Both the position numbers and the translations under genes were made by a program. From Octopus bimaculoides (lineage: Eukaryota): DNA of 64,000 nt. The notes below the pieces were generated by a model that was not told the DNA's origin, made no database searches, and worked only from the letters and a program-made list of their open reading frames with translations. Where the stretch lies: positions 2,183,547 to 2,247,546 of the forward strand of contig NC_068988.1 of assembly GCF_001194135.2 (NCBI RefSeq), given 5' to 3'. Below, in pieces: positions 11,780 to 25,229 of the stretch; positions within the stretch are counted from its first letter, which is position 1; each line of letters begins with the position of its first letter.

Positions 11780-12370
11780 AGTGAGATGATGGAATTGTCT
11801 CAGCACGCCAGGCAAAATGCTTAGTGTTATTTCATCCGTCTTTGAATTCTGGGTTCAAATGCTGTTGGGTCAAATTTTCCTTTCACCCTTTCAAGGTCAA
11901 TAAAATAAGTACCAGTTGTGTACTGGGGGTTGATGTCAGAATTGTTAGCACGCTGCGTAAAATGCTTAGCGGTGTTCCGTCCATCTTTACATTCTGAGTT
12001 CAAATTCCACCAAGGTCAATTTTGCCTTTCATCTTTTCAGGGTCGATAAAATAAATACCAGTTATGCACTGCGGTTGATGCAATTGATTTACCTCTCTCC
12101 TCAAATTTCAGACCTTCTGTCTATAGTAGAAAGGATTATCCTTATTATTACCATTCCTACGAAAGCAGAAATGTTACCATGCTGGGCAAAATGCATAGCA
12201 GCATTTCTTCCGACTTTTAAGGTTCTGAGTTCAAATACTGTCAGGGTTGACTTTGCCTTTCATCTATTTGGGTGGTGGTGGTGGGGTCGATAAAAAAGCA
12301 TCAGTTGATACAGTTGATTAAATTTCTAAAATTGCTAGCACTGTGTCAAAATTTGAATGAATTATTATTG
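11780..12370 (+). mobile_element. Three head-to-tail tRNA-derived SINE copies with Deu/Nin-like core
   Basis: Each unit has ...gaattgttagcacg...gagttcaaat...ctttgcctttcatcctttc(a/g)gggtc(g/a)ataaaataagtaccagtt. Units at ~11780-11935, 11936-12150 and 12160-12370. Core assignment is from memory of published consensus sequences. Confidence 0.7.
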
Positions 12371-12450
12371 TTACCATCATCACCATCGTCATTATTATTT
12401 CTTTTTATCACAGGTTTTGTTAGAACTCCTGGAGTCATGCATGCATAGCG

Positions 12451-12518
<68 letters not shown>

Positions 12519-13604
12519 CATTGGTATTAGTATTATAGTTCCATTAAATCACCTGTTGTTGGTGGAGAGATTTAAGAGAAAAGTGGCATGAAGAATACAT
12601 TGGAAATTTTAACTTTGCTCACCAGTTCAACTCCTGCTATCAAACATGAATAAATAGTCACAAAATGAAGCAGAAAATGTTTATTGTTGAAAAGGAATAA
12701 ATCTTTCCTTTGAATGAAGAAAATATATTTATGGAAGAATTTTAAAAATAAAAGAAGTAGGAAGTAAATGATATATAACAAAGTTTATTGCAAGAAATAT
12801 ATATTTTTTTAAAAAACAGAGTGATGCGATACACATCTTAGCTAATGTATTCTATCAGACAAGTACATTTAGTGAAAAGATAGATATAGCTTAGAAGTTG
12901 GCAAAATGTGTTTAGGAGAGAGACAGATGATAGAAATCTCAAGAACAACGAGGCAGTTTAAGGATATCGATCTGGATGTCATTTAAGTGTTTACGCAACA
13001 CTGCAAGTGAACAAAAATTCAAGGAAATCAACAAGACAGGCAAATTGTAATGTTATTAGGAGTTGCAGTAAAGCAAGGACTGTGAATGCAATGAAGAGAC
13101 AATAAGGAAAGTTAGTTAAGGGTGAGATGAACAGATTGAGGCCAGTGGATGTAAGTAATGCCATTTAAAAGATTAAAATGTCCAAAGTGCTTAAACTGAG
13201 CAGCATAAATAATAATTGCTAAACCTTCAAGCTGATTAGGTCTAGAGATATTCACATGCAATTAGTATAAATACAGATTTTGTTTCCTGAAGCACTCTAT
13301 GGAATTTCAAGGGTTATATTTGATCAAGATTATCTTTACTGTGGCAATGTGATCATAACCAGGACGTAACTCTCAATAAACCTGTTTAAACTAGCTGTAA
13401 GTAAATATCAGAGGGGGTATAGATTACAATGGTAACAGAACTATTGCCTGGCTTGTTGGTTGTATCTTGCTGTCGAGCATTTCCAGAAATAATGGGAATA
13501 ATACAAATAGTTTAGGAATACCAACCATTTCTTTGGACTAAATTATGTAGCAAAGAAAGAGACGGAGGTCATGATTCACTGCTGTAGACAATAACCACAC
13601 TGTA

Positions 13605-13998
13605 TGTTCTTTTATTTTTTTAATTGTTTCAATCATTTGACTGTGGCCATGTTGGAGCACTGCCTTTATTCAAACAAATCAACCCAGGACTTATTCTTTG
13701 TAAGCCTAGTACTTATTCTATCAATGTCTTTTGCTAAACTGCTAACTTATGGGTATGTAAACACACCAACATCAGTTGCCAAGCAATGGTGGTGGGGACA
13801 AACACAGACTCACAAATACACACACACACACAGACAGATGACAGGCTTCTTTCAGTTTCCGTCTACCAAATCCACTCACAAGGCTTTGGTCAGCCTGAGG
13901 CTATAGTCGAAGACACTTGCCCAAGGTGCCACGCAGTGGGACTGAACCCAGAATCATGTGGTCGGCAAGCAAGCTACTTACCACACGGCCACTCCTGC
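13605..13998 (-). mobile_element. Octopus-type tRNA-derived SINE (near full length)
   Basis: Head gtggccgtgtggtaagtagcttgc...gggttcagtcccactgcgtggcaccttgggcaagtgtcttc, central (CA)n, tail ggcagtgctccaacatggccacagtcaaatgattgaaac. Many copies in the window. Confidence 0.75.
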
Positions 13999-14505
13999 AC
14001 CTATATGAGCGACTTGTCTGGTGGGTTTTTTCCTCAAGATTTTCAATGGTTGAAAGCACTTTACAAAAAGAGATGTTGGGACAAAGGCAGCACAAAAGGA
14101 AATTTCTGAGTTTCAAAATTTAAATTCTATTTTGAGAAATCTTTTGTTCTTTGAAAACAAATTTTTAGCCATTTGGTTTTTAGCACACTTACAGAAGGTG
14201 GCAGTAAGTAGCAAGCCCACTATGCATGCAAAACTCTAGGAGCTCCAACAAAACCTGTGATAAAGAGAAATAATATTAATAATAATAAGGTTAGTAGAGT
14301 TAGAGACTGGAATAACCATCTAAGGGATAAAAGTATCTGTTCTACTACCAGTATAACTACCTATGTTAACCCTGGACATACATATGCAAGCATATTATGC
14401 TCATAGGTTACAGGTAATGACAAAGATAAACATGAGTTTATCAGGAATTAAATTTAAAGTAAACAGAAAATGGAGAAGCATTAGTCAACAACTGACATCA
14501 ATCAT

Positions 14506-14910
14506 CTAACAGCTGTTTCTGCTTCCAATGTTGTATGGTAGTGCCATTGATATTCCAAAAATAATATTCATCATAGTTGGTATTACATCTGATCTGGAAC
14601 ATGGAGCCTCATCAGAGGGAAGAAAAATACGTCCACAAAGGAAAAGAAAAGAAAAGAAGAGGAGCCTCAAGAAGAAAAGGAAAAGCTTAATATATTTAAA
14701 TCATACCATTTTGCTTATGATTTAAATGTATTAAGCCTTTCTTTTTCCTCTCGACACTCCTCTTCTTTTCTCTTCTTTTATGTATGATTTTTCTTCACTT
14801 TGATGAAGCTCCATGTTCTAGATCAGATTTATTACCAAACATGATGAATATTATTTTTAGAATTTTCAATGGCACTACCATACAACATTGGAAGCAGAAA
14901 CAACTGTTAG
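14506..14910. mobile_element. Foldback/MITE with ~165-bp inverted arms
   Basis: ctaacagctgtttctgcttccaatgttgtatggtagtgccattga...gaagaggag is inverse to ctcctcttc...tcaatggcactaccatacaacattggaagcagaaacaactgttag. Confidence 0.7.
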
Positions 14911-14980
14911 GTAGGATACGGTCTATTTGTATTGAATTGTTATTGATTAATATTTCTCCACTTTCTGTTTACTTAAAATT

Positions 14981-15300
<320 letters not shown>

Positions 15301-15871
15301 TTGTTAATTAACTTTGTGACCTAATGTTTCATGTATTAGGATCATAGCCAAATGCAGTTCTTGACCTGGAGAAAGTGCTATTTCCCTTCCCATGGCTTCA
15401 GTCTTCTCACCTAAAATGGCTCCCAATAAAAGGTGTGGCACTCCCTCCCTCCACCTGTTACATTCTGCCACATGTTACATTCTGCCATATCAGTGTCTAT
15501 TCAATACTAATTGCAGTAACGGAACAGCCATATTGATGTGGCAACAAACATTACTTGCCAGTACAGTTACTGCTTTCATCTCTTACAGAGATTTTATAAT
15601 TTGCTGCTTCACTTATGTGTATGTGTGTGTATGTATGTGTGTGTGTGTGTGTGCATGTACGTATGTATATATGAAATTGGTGCAGAATGTTTCCATTAAA
15701 AATAAAACTTAGAGAACTCAAAAATTAAAGACAAATTTCTCAGTACATAATTCCTTTAAGAAAGCAATGAATTCTACAAGACTAATCTTGTTTCCTTCAG
15801 TGTAGATTTAGTCAAATTCACCAGTGAAATAAACAAGTCTTGTTTTTAGGTGTCATATAAACATGCATGTA

Positions 15872-15961
<90 letters not shown>

Positions 15962-16319
15962 TGTGTGTGTGCGTGCATGTGTGTGTCTGTGTGTGTCTGT
16001 GTGTGTGTGTATGCATATGTATATGTATGCTTGTACATATTGTATTTTTAATTGAAACTGAATTTGTAAATTTGTTTTGTGACTCAAGTTTCATGCCTGT
16101 GCAATCATCAGGTGAAACCTGAATTGCCCAAAGCTAAATTTCAAAGTGAAAGTATAATTAATGAGATCTTCCCTCATTATATCAATGTTATCTATTTCAG
16201 AAAGGTGAAAATATAACAATGTGATATATAAAGTAATTTCAGTGACTGGAATATTAGATGAATTTATCAGTGTCTAATTAAATTGAAAAAAAATTGAATG
16301 TGCAATGCAATGTTAAAAG

Positions 16320-16354
16320 TTTGTGACAAGACGGAAACTGAAAGAAGCCTGTCG

Positions 16355-16387
<33 letters not shown>

Positions 16388-16620
16388 GTATATGTATGTG
16401 TGTTTGTGTGTCTGTGTTTGTCCCCCCACCATTGCTTGACAACCGATGGTGGTGTGTTTACGTCCACGTAACTTAGCAGTTTGGCAAAAGAAGCCGATAG
16501 AATAAGTACTACGCTTCCAAAGAATAAGTGCTGGGGTTGATTTGATCGACTAAAGGTGGTGCTCCAGCATGGCCGCAGTCAAATGACTGAAACAAGTAAA
16601 AGAGTAAAGAGAGTAAAAGA
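16320..16620 (+). mobile_element. Octopus-type SINE, 5'-truncated
   Basis: gacggaaactgaaagaagcc...(TA)n...taaaggtggtgctccagcatggccgcagtcaaatgactgaaacaagtaaaagag. Confidence 0.7.
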
Positions 16621-17319
16621 GATGCTTTCCATGTAATTACATCTTTGAAGGGTTTGTTTGAACAGATCGACTTCCATGATTATTTCTATTCAAGGTTGAT
16701 AATTATTCTATCAGTTATATTTGCTGAACAGCTAGGTTATGAGAATGTAAACAAACCAATTATCAACCGGTAGTGAGGAAATAAACCAAACACAAATACA
16801 ACAGCAACAGCACACATACATGCACACACACACATGCATGCACACACTCACACACACAGACGTACACAGATGCAGAGTCATACACATACATGCACATACG
16901 CACATGTTCAATGAGCTTCCTCACAGTTTCTGACTATCAAATTCATTCATAAGGCACAAGTCATCCTCAGGTTATAGAAGAAAGCACTTGTCCAAGGAGG
17001 TGCTGTGCATTGTAACTGAACCTGAAACCATGGGTTGCAGAGTGACCTTCTTAACTACACAGCACCTATGTCTGCACTGATGTCTGCACCTAAAGTCAAC
17101 TTCCATTTTCATCTCTTGGAATATATGACTCATATAGAATTCATATTATGGCACTGAGAGTGTGCCATAAAATTAGGATTAGAGTAATCGTATTCAAAAC
17201 GACAGTAATCTCTACATATACAACACACAAAGAGGTCTTATGGATGACAAGAAGGACCATATTTTTTGAGATCCTCTTGCAGAATGCTTCCTTATAATTA
17301 CAGTGAGTGAAGACAATGA

Positions 17320-17510
17320 GCTGGTAGAATGGTGAGCCCAATGGTAAGAATGCTTGGTAGCATTTAATCTGGCTTTAGGCTCTGAGTTCCATTTATGCCA
17401 AGGTCAACTTTGTCTTTCAACCTTTCAGGGTTGATAATATAAGTACCAGTTAGATACTGGGGTTGATATAACTGACTTATCTCCTTCCATGAAATTGTTG
17501 GCCGAACGTT
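17320..17510 (+). mobile_element. Deu/Nin-core SINE
   Basis: gagctggtagaatgg...aggtcaactttgtctttcaacctttcagggttgataatataagtaccagtt. Confidence 0.6.
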
Positions 17511-17539
17511 CACACCATTATTCTAGTGAGTCATTATTC

Positions 17540-17763
17540 ATGGCTTTTCTTTTACTCTTTTATTTGTTTCAGTCATTTGACTGCGGCCATGCTGGAGCAC
17601 CGCCTTTAGTTGAACAAATCAACTCACAAGTCTTATTGTTTGTAAGCTTAGTACTTATTCTTTCGCTCTCTTTTACCGAACTGCTAAGTTACAGGGATGT
17701 AAACACACCAACATCAGTTGTCAAGTAATGTGGGGGAACAAACATAAACATATAACTTTATAT

Positions 17764-17838
<75 letters not shown>

Positions 17839-17990
17839 CGATGGGCTTCTTTCAGTTTCTGTCTACCAAATCCACTCCCAAGGATTTGGTCATCCTGAGG
17901 CTATAGTAGAAGACACGTGCCCAAGGTTCCACACAGTGGGACTGAACCCGGAACCATATGGTTGGTTAGCAAGCTAGTTATCACACAGCT
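17540..17990 (-). mobile_element. Octopus-type SINE (near full length, expanded internal (CA)(TA))
   Basis: Same head, body and tail as 13605-13998. Confidence 0.75.
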
Positions 17991-18744
17991 ACACCATGAT
18001 ATCATTCAGTAATCTTACTTAATTGCAATTCCATGTCCTTCGTTTCTTTTTTCCATCAGTTAGAGCAAATGTGTCACTATTAAAGACATTTCAACCAATG
18101 ACATCTCTTTTCCATTATTTTGTAATCTGAAACACCTCATATCACAAATCTTCAAATCAATGAATATGCATGACCCTCTTTCTGCTCCCCTCCCCCTCTT
18201 AGCTGAGGATACCTGACACCGAGTTATTTGGAATGGCTCTGAGAGACATCTTTTCTTTTAGCTTTTCCAAGTCTACACTAGAAAGTTACCTTCCATTCGG
18301 TTGAGACTTGGCACCTTGCATGATGGGCAGATCTGGGCAGGTAGTCCTCAGCAGGTTGTTTCATGAAGACTCCAAGTCTTCGTACCCCTCCTCTTCTGCC
18401 TTGTCATCATTATCGTCATTGTTATCACCACCACCACCACCACCACCACCACATGATGATGATGATGTCGATGCTCGTGGTTGTGCTGGTGATGATGATG
18501 ATGTCAACCACATTTATGAACTGGATGTCACACCCCACCACACACACACACACACTCACCGTATCCCTGCCTTAGCCATTCTATTACGGTCTTGCGCCAC
18601 CGTAAGACATCGATATTAAACATTGATAACATTATATCCTCATGTAGTAGTGATATATCTTTTTTTTATTGACCTCACCACTACAACCCTTACATTTATT
18701 AAAAAGCTATCATCTATCCTCCTCCTCTTCTACGTTCCACTGAC

Positions 18745-18757
18745 ATAAGTGGCTGTC

Positions 18758-18816
<59 letters not shown>

Positions 18817-18828
18817 GTGGCTGTCAAT
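18745..18828. repeat. (AAT)n run bracketed by a perfect 16-bp direct repeat
   Basis: ataagtggctgtcaat at 18745-18760 and 18813-18828, with pure (AAT)n between. Confidence 0.9.
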
Positions 18829-19890
18829 GGCTTGATTTTTATCACAGTTTCATACATCTAACAGCTCCTTAGAGTCCTCACTTTGCGACAGTGATTACTT
18901 TATGGCACTAATTTCTTGGTAATGGGTTCAGCTGTGTGTGTGGGTTCGTATGCTTGTGTGTGCCTGTGTGTTTTATGAATTAATATGTGTGTGTGTATGG
19001 ATGGATATATGTTTATATTTGTATATAAGTATATATGCACATGTGCATAAATGTTTATATGTGCATGCATATATGTACATATGCATATATATATACGTAT
19101 ATATACATACATATATATATATATAGATATATATATATGTATATATATATATACATATATATATACATATATATACACATATATATACATATATTTTACA
19201 TATATATATATACATATATATAGGTATGTATATGTGTGTATGTGAGTATATATATATATATATATGTATAGATGCATACATATACCTATATTTTATATAT
19301 CTACATCTATATCTATAACTCTGACTCTCTCTCTCTTTCTCTCTCTTTCTCACTCTCTATAAAGTTATGGTTTTTGTATGTGTAATCTATCTATCTATCC
19401 ATCATATATAAATGTATGTGTATGCATATATATATATATNNNNNNNNNNNNNNNNNNNNNNNNNNNNNNNNNNNNNNNNNNNNNNNNNNNNNNNNNNNNN
19501 NNNNNNNNNNNNNNNNNNNNNNNNNNNNNNNNNNNNNNNNNNNNNNNNNNNNNNNNNNNNNNNNNNNNNNNNNNNNNNNNNNNNNNNNNNNNNNNNNNNN
19601 NNNNNNNNNNNNNNNNNNNNNNNNNNNNNNNNNNNNNNNNNNNNNNNNNNNNNNNNNNNNNNNNNNNNNNNNNNNNNNNNNNNNNNNNNNNNNNNNNNNN
19701 NNNNNNNNNNNNNNNNNNNNNNNNNNNNNNNNNNNNNNNNNNNNNNNNNNNNNNNNNNNNNNNNNNNNNNNNNNNNNNNNNNNNNNNNNNNNNNNNNNNN
19801 NNNNNNNNNNNNNNNNNNNNNNNNNNNNNNNNNNNNNNNNNNNNNNNNNNNNNNNNNNNNNNNNNNNNNNNNNNNNNNNNNNNNNNNNNN

Positions 19891-19929
<39 letters not shown>

Positions 19930-21327
19930 ACAGTGAGAGAGAGAGATAGGTAGATACGTAGATATACATATATATGCAATATACATACATTATACAGATA
20001 TATATGTACATACACACACACACTCACACACACACACACACACACACACATACATACATACATATATTCAAAAATATATATTTATGTATGTATGCACATA
20101 ATATACATACATTACACACACGTGTATGCACCCATGAATATGTATGTGTCTGTGTATACGTGAAATGTACTTATGTTACTGCTGGTCACCTCAACTGGGA
20201 GTCATTGACCATACATCTTTACTTTGAAGCACTTCATTTACTCTAATATTGTCCAGTCAGTTGTTAAACTTGCGATATAATGTTTCTAATATATTCCAGC
20301 ATCCATCCCCAGGGCTACTTTAAGATGAAGTAGACTATTTTGTCAACAAAATAAAGAAATATAAAAATGGGAAGATGAAAATAATGAAAAAGGAAACCTC
20401 AACAAACTTGTCTTCAAATATGTTACATTCTGTTGGTAAGAGACATACAGACAGGGAAAGAGAGAGGGATAGAGAGAGAGAGAGAGAGAGAGAGGGTGGT
20501 GGTGGATGAGAAGGAAAGGGTAGGAGGGAGAAAAGAAGTGGGAGTGGGAGGGAGAAAGAGAAAAATGAAATATGGAAAGAAGAGGAAAAAATGTCAATAG
20601 ATCTGTGGCTTGAAGGAAAATCTATTTGAAGACGGTGAAATGGACAGAAATATATAGAGAAGCTAATATAGTGAATGCATGCAAACCTAGTTCCTCTTAG
20701 CCTTTCATTTGCTTTTATCTGTGCCAAGATATGAGTATCTCTATATATAACATATAAGTGTTATGTTACGTGTGTGGACTTGCAGGTTTTTATCTCATCA
20801 AATATCTATAAACTTATAATTTTAACGCTTATTAATTTCAATGCATCCTTCAGCTTCGAATCTACACTTATTACCTTAACAAAGAACTCTATTACAACAT
20901 TAATGAATAATTCCATCACCACTTTAACAAACAACTGAAGGATCTTATTCTTTAATAATTCTGCTATTTCAGACTGTCTGCTGCTTCGTATATATTTCTA
21001 TTAACCGTTTCTCATAGAGATGAGAATCTATTATCAAATGAGAAAATTCTACTCTGACTTCTTTAATAAGCATCTCCTGAATAAAAGAATGGTAAAAATA
21101 TTTGAATTCCCAATTCGAATTCTTCCATTTTATTTCTTCACATCTTTGCTGATAATTTACATAATTAAAAGCAAAAGTCAGGCTAATAACGAGGAATAGT
21201 GTTTACATTTAATATTGTACTTGACCCCCCCCCACACACACACATTGTATTATAACATATATATATATATATTCTATATATTGTATTATAACATATATAT
21301 ATATATATATTCTATATATTGTATTAT

Positions 21328-21366
<39 letters not shown>

Positions 21367-21433
21367 NNNNNNNNNNNNNNNNNNNNNNNNNNNNNNNNNN
21401 NNNNNNNNNNNNNNNNNNNNNNNNNNNNNNNNN

Positions 21434-21510
<77 letters not shown>

Positions 21511-22399
21511 TTCCTCCTTTACTCTCTTGCTGTTTTAAAATATTTTTAGATATTTGCGGGCTTATAAAAATATATAAATGTCTATATGCTTGTATGTTAT
21601 TAATACTTCTATTAAGTTGAGCTTTATGTCACTTTATTAATGTCGAAGAAAGTGCGCATATATATTGAATATTCTGCTGGATAATAGGTCATCATATTCC
21701 ACTAGTTTTCTGCTCATATTGCCTCTACTCAAATTATAAATTGGAACTTAGCTCAATTTGAGCACTTCAATTCTAGCCTGTCTACGAGTATTGTTAATTA
21801 ATAACAATATCTATAAAATAATATAATTTATGCCGTATGTAAACAAACAAGTTTGTTTTTTGAAGCGCTGAAATGTATGGTAGAACAAGTAGAAAGATAA
21901 ATTTTATATATATATGTATATATGTATGCATATTACAGCATTTGGTCTTGGAAACAGAATTAGGTTGTAGAGAAAGTCCTGTCCCATTTCTGAGGGGATC
22001 CCTTTCAAGGTACTTTTTCAATCCTTACAATAGAATAACATTAATCTTTTCATTCTACAGCTTTTGTTTTTTCTTTGTAGATTACTTTATGTCATAGCAG
22101 TTTAAATTCATATTGATTTTTACCCATTTAAAATGAATTATGGTCAGACCCTACCACCCCCTGCATGCTGCATTAGTTCAACAGGAATTCTTCAGTAATG
22201 GTATAAGCAAAAAATATTCGTTCTGTCTTTGCAAATGAAATTTTAAATATCCAAAGATTTTGATGATGGCTTCATCAGTTATCCCAGGAAATTGTTCTCT
22301 CACATAATCAAGTTCAATCGATAATGAGCTTTTGAAAACGATAGCTGAGGAATATCTGAAACAAACTGCATGAGTTTTCACAAAACAGTTCAATTCAAG

Positions 22400-23100
22400 T
22401 CACACTTTGATCATAGAATACCTACATGAATCAGGAAATCTAAACTTGATCAGTGAAGTCTTCTGAATCTGACCACTTCTCAGCTTAATGAAAAAGTTGC
22501 CCTTTGCTCATCATTGAAGACTAAATCAACTTGCTACTGAATCATTCCTGAGTTGGATCTTCACAAGTAAAGAAAAGTGAGTTCTCTGTAATCCAGTACA
22601 AACAACAAGGATTATCATTGAATGAAGAAGAAGAGTGCATCCTTAAACCAGGATACACCTTCTCTGTGTTTGGTGGAATATGAAGGGTATCATCTCTCAT
22701 GAAGTGTTAAACCAAAATGAAACAGTTTATGTGGAGATGTATTATTGTCAACTAGAAGCGTTACACAAAAGCTTGCAGAAAAAGCATCCATCATTGGTTA
22801 ATTGCAAAGGTGAGTTGTTCTTACATGATAATGTAAGACCACACGTTGTCCAAGTCATTCAGGAAATGATTATTCCACAAAATATGGAGGTTTTGCCTCA
22901 TCCTCCTTATTCCTCTGACCTTTATCCTTCCGACTTTCATCTTTCAAATTGTTGCAACATTACTGAGAGGAAAAATAGTTTATTAACTGTAAAGAGTTTA
23001 AAAACGATATCAAGTGTTTCTTTGCTTTGAAACCTGAAGAATTATATGCTTGTGAAATCAACAGTTTGGTGAATATACGGAATCATGTTATCAATATAAA
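22400..23100 (+). pseudogene. mariner (DD34D) transposase pseudogene
   Basis: ORF 22680-23030 contains HDNVRPH...HPPYSSDLYPSDFHL, with 34 residues between the Asp residues. Upstream frames give SWIFTSKEK*VLCN (degenerate TGDEKW) and LCVWWNMKGII. Stops and frameshifts present. Confidence 0.85.
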
Positions 23101-23782
23101 GGAGAAATATTATCTTCATTAAATATATAAATCTGTACAATATTAAGACCAAGAAGCATTTGTGTTTTTTTTTTTTCCTCATTTTGCAATGCTACAGGAC
23201 TCTCTTTCCTACCTTATACCCTATGTATACATTCAATTTTCTCTCTTGAATGAGTTTTCCAGAGAACTACATTGTGGCGGCAAGCTGATTCTTTGAAGAT
23301 TTTTCAGTGGAAGGCAATGAAGATATCCTTAGGAAATATCTTTAACCAGGCCTTTTTTAAAAGGATATTGGAGTGTAATAAATGAAAAAATAAATGTTCT
23401 GTATGTAATAGCACATTTAATCCATACACAAATCCTTACTAGAAGTTTTTTACATGAATAAACAATTCAACCATCACAAAGGCATGTTTCCCATTTACTT
23501 TGTTTTGCAGTGTCTAGGAATGTGTGTTGCAATCCCTCCTTGTCACAAATGCATGGTAAACTGGTGAGAAAATGTATATGCATGATTAAAAGAACAATTT
23601 AAATCATGAAGTTAACAACTTCCATGTTTGCCCTTGAATTTCTAAATAAGATTTTTCCTTGTACACGAGCTGCCAGGCTTGTGTTTTCTTATGGGAAAAG
23701 TCTTTTTTCTTAACTTTAGTATTTGGACTGCAGGATTCTTAATGTGAACTCATGTGTTGAAACATATTTTCTTTCTTTGTGG

Positions 23783-24071
23783 GAAGGTCTTTATGCCAGT
23801 AATAAACATACACATACACTGCTTCTATTTGCTTCTTTATTTTCACTTGTCAGTTGATTAACCATGTAACCAATTAACTAATCAATTGTTTGATTAAACG
23901 TTTGGTCAAGCAATCAATCAGCTACATTTGTCATTTGTGACCTCATCAATGACACCAGCTGATTGATTGGTTGAATAATTAGTCAAGCAGTCCGTGAGTT
24001 AACCAATTGACAAGTAATAATAAAGTGAAATACAACCAGTGGGTGTGTTTATTATTGGCATAATGATCCTC
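23783..24071. mobile_element. MITE, second copy of the 1300-1641 family
   Basis: gaaggtctttatgccagtaataaacatacac ... gtgtgtttattattggcataatgatcctc. Confidence 0.65.
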
Positions 24072-24631
24072 TCAATACACCTCCAAAAATGTTTCTTTTT
24101 CTTATTTTTAGGTTATTTTCTAATATACCATTACTGCTAGTTTATAGTAATTTTAAACATATTTTGATTCTGTTTTACAGATGTTTTCATATGTTCGGCC
24201 TAATCTATTACATTAGCATTAATTTAAATCATGTAACAATACATTCTATGTGTGCTTTTCTAATTCTCAATAGATATAATGTATGACGTAATTGTTGCAT
24301 TATATTGGTGTCTGTATGTTTGTATGGCTTCATCTATTTGTTTGTATGCTTCTTGTTGATTAGCTGTTCGCTTATTCTCTGCATGTCATTATGTAGCGCT
24401 TCAGTTGTGCAACACAATCTTAATGGTCTTTCTTCTAAGTAGAGGCTTTACATCTGACATTTTGTATCACTCTCTACATTAGGTATAATATATATATATA
24501 TAACTTTTATAAGTAATATTCTAAAAGAAATATTCTAAAAGAATATATAACTGAACTTATGTTGAGTGCTCAATTATCTTGAGCAAATAAATGAGTTTAT
24601 GAATTTATTAATAATATAAAAACACATATAT

Positions 24632-24717
<86 letters not shown>

Positions 24718-24744
24718 CTACACACATACATATTTATGCATAAT

Positions 24745-25220
24745 CATCATCATCATCATTTAATATCTGTTTTCCATGCTGGTTGGATGGTTTGACTGGA
24801 GCTGGAGAACTGCTTGGGCTCCAAATTGTCTATTTTTGGTTGTCAATCAGTGGCAAGGCAAATATCCAATTCTTGGTTGAGTAGGAGGGTGACACAGTGA
24901 GCATGGAAGCTTCAGACATGAACATGGGGGAAGCTGATGGCTGACATCATACATGACATTGCTGTCATTTGACATGAACAATGGTCACTGATAGTCTTCC
25001 TTGATCATGAGTGGACAACCATCTTCCTCTCGGTGGCACGTAAAAAGCACCTACTACACTCTCGGAGTGGATAGCGTTAGGAAGGGCATCCAGCTGTAGA
25101 AACCTTGCCAGATCAGATTGGAGCCTGGTGAAGCCTCCTGGCTTGCCAGTCCCCAGTCAAACTGTCTAACCCATGCAAGCATGGAAAATGGACGTTAAAC
25201 GATGATGATGACGATGATGA
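24745..25220. mobile_element. Oppositely oriented pair of RTE-tailed repeats
   Basis: Minus copy ~24745-24830 (catcatcatttaatatctgttttccatgctgg). Plus copy ~25030-25220 (ggtggcacgtaaaaagcacc...gttaaacgatgatgatg). Confidence 0.65.
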
Positions 25221-25229
25221 TATATATAT

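Noticed and set aside
11780-12370. CRISPR-like or satellite array
   Set aside because: The units are diverged SINE copies; there is no repeat-spacer structure and the sequence is eukaryotic.
20830-21200. ~78-codon minus-strand open frame plus a shifted continuation
   Set aside because: No start codon near its 5' end, no consistent splice pair, no recognisable domain.
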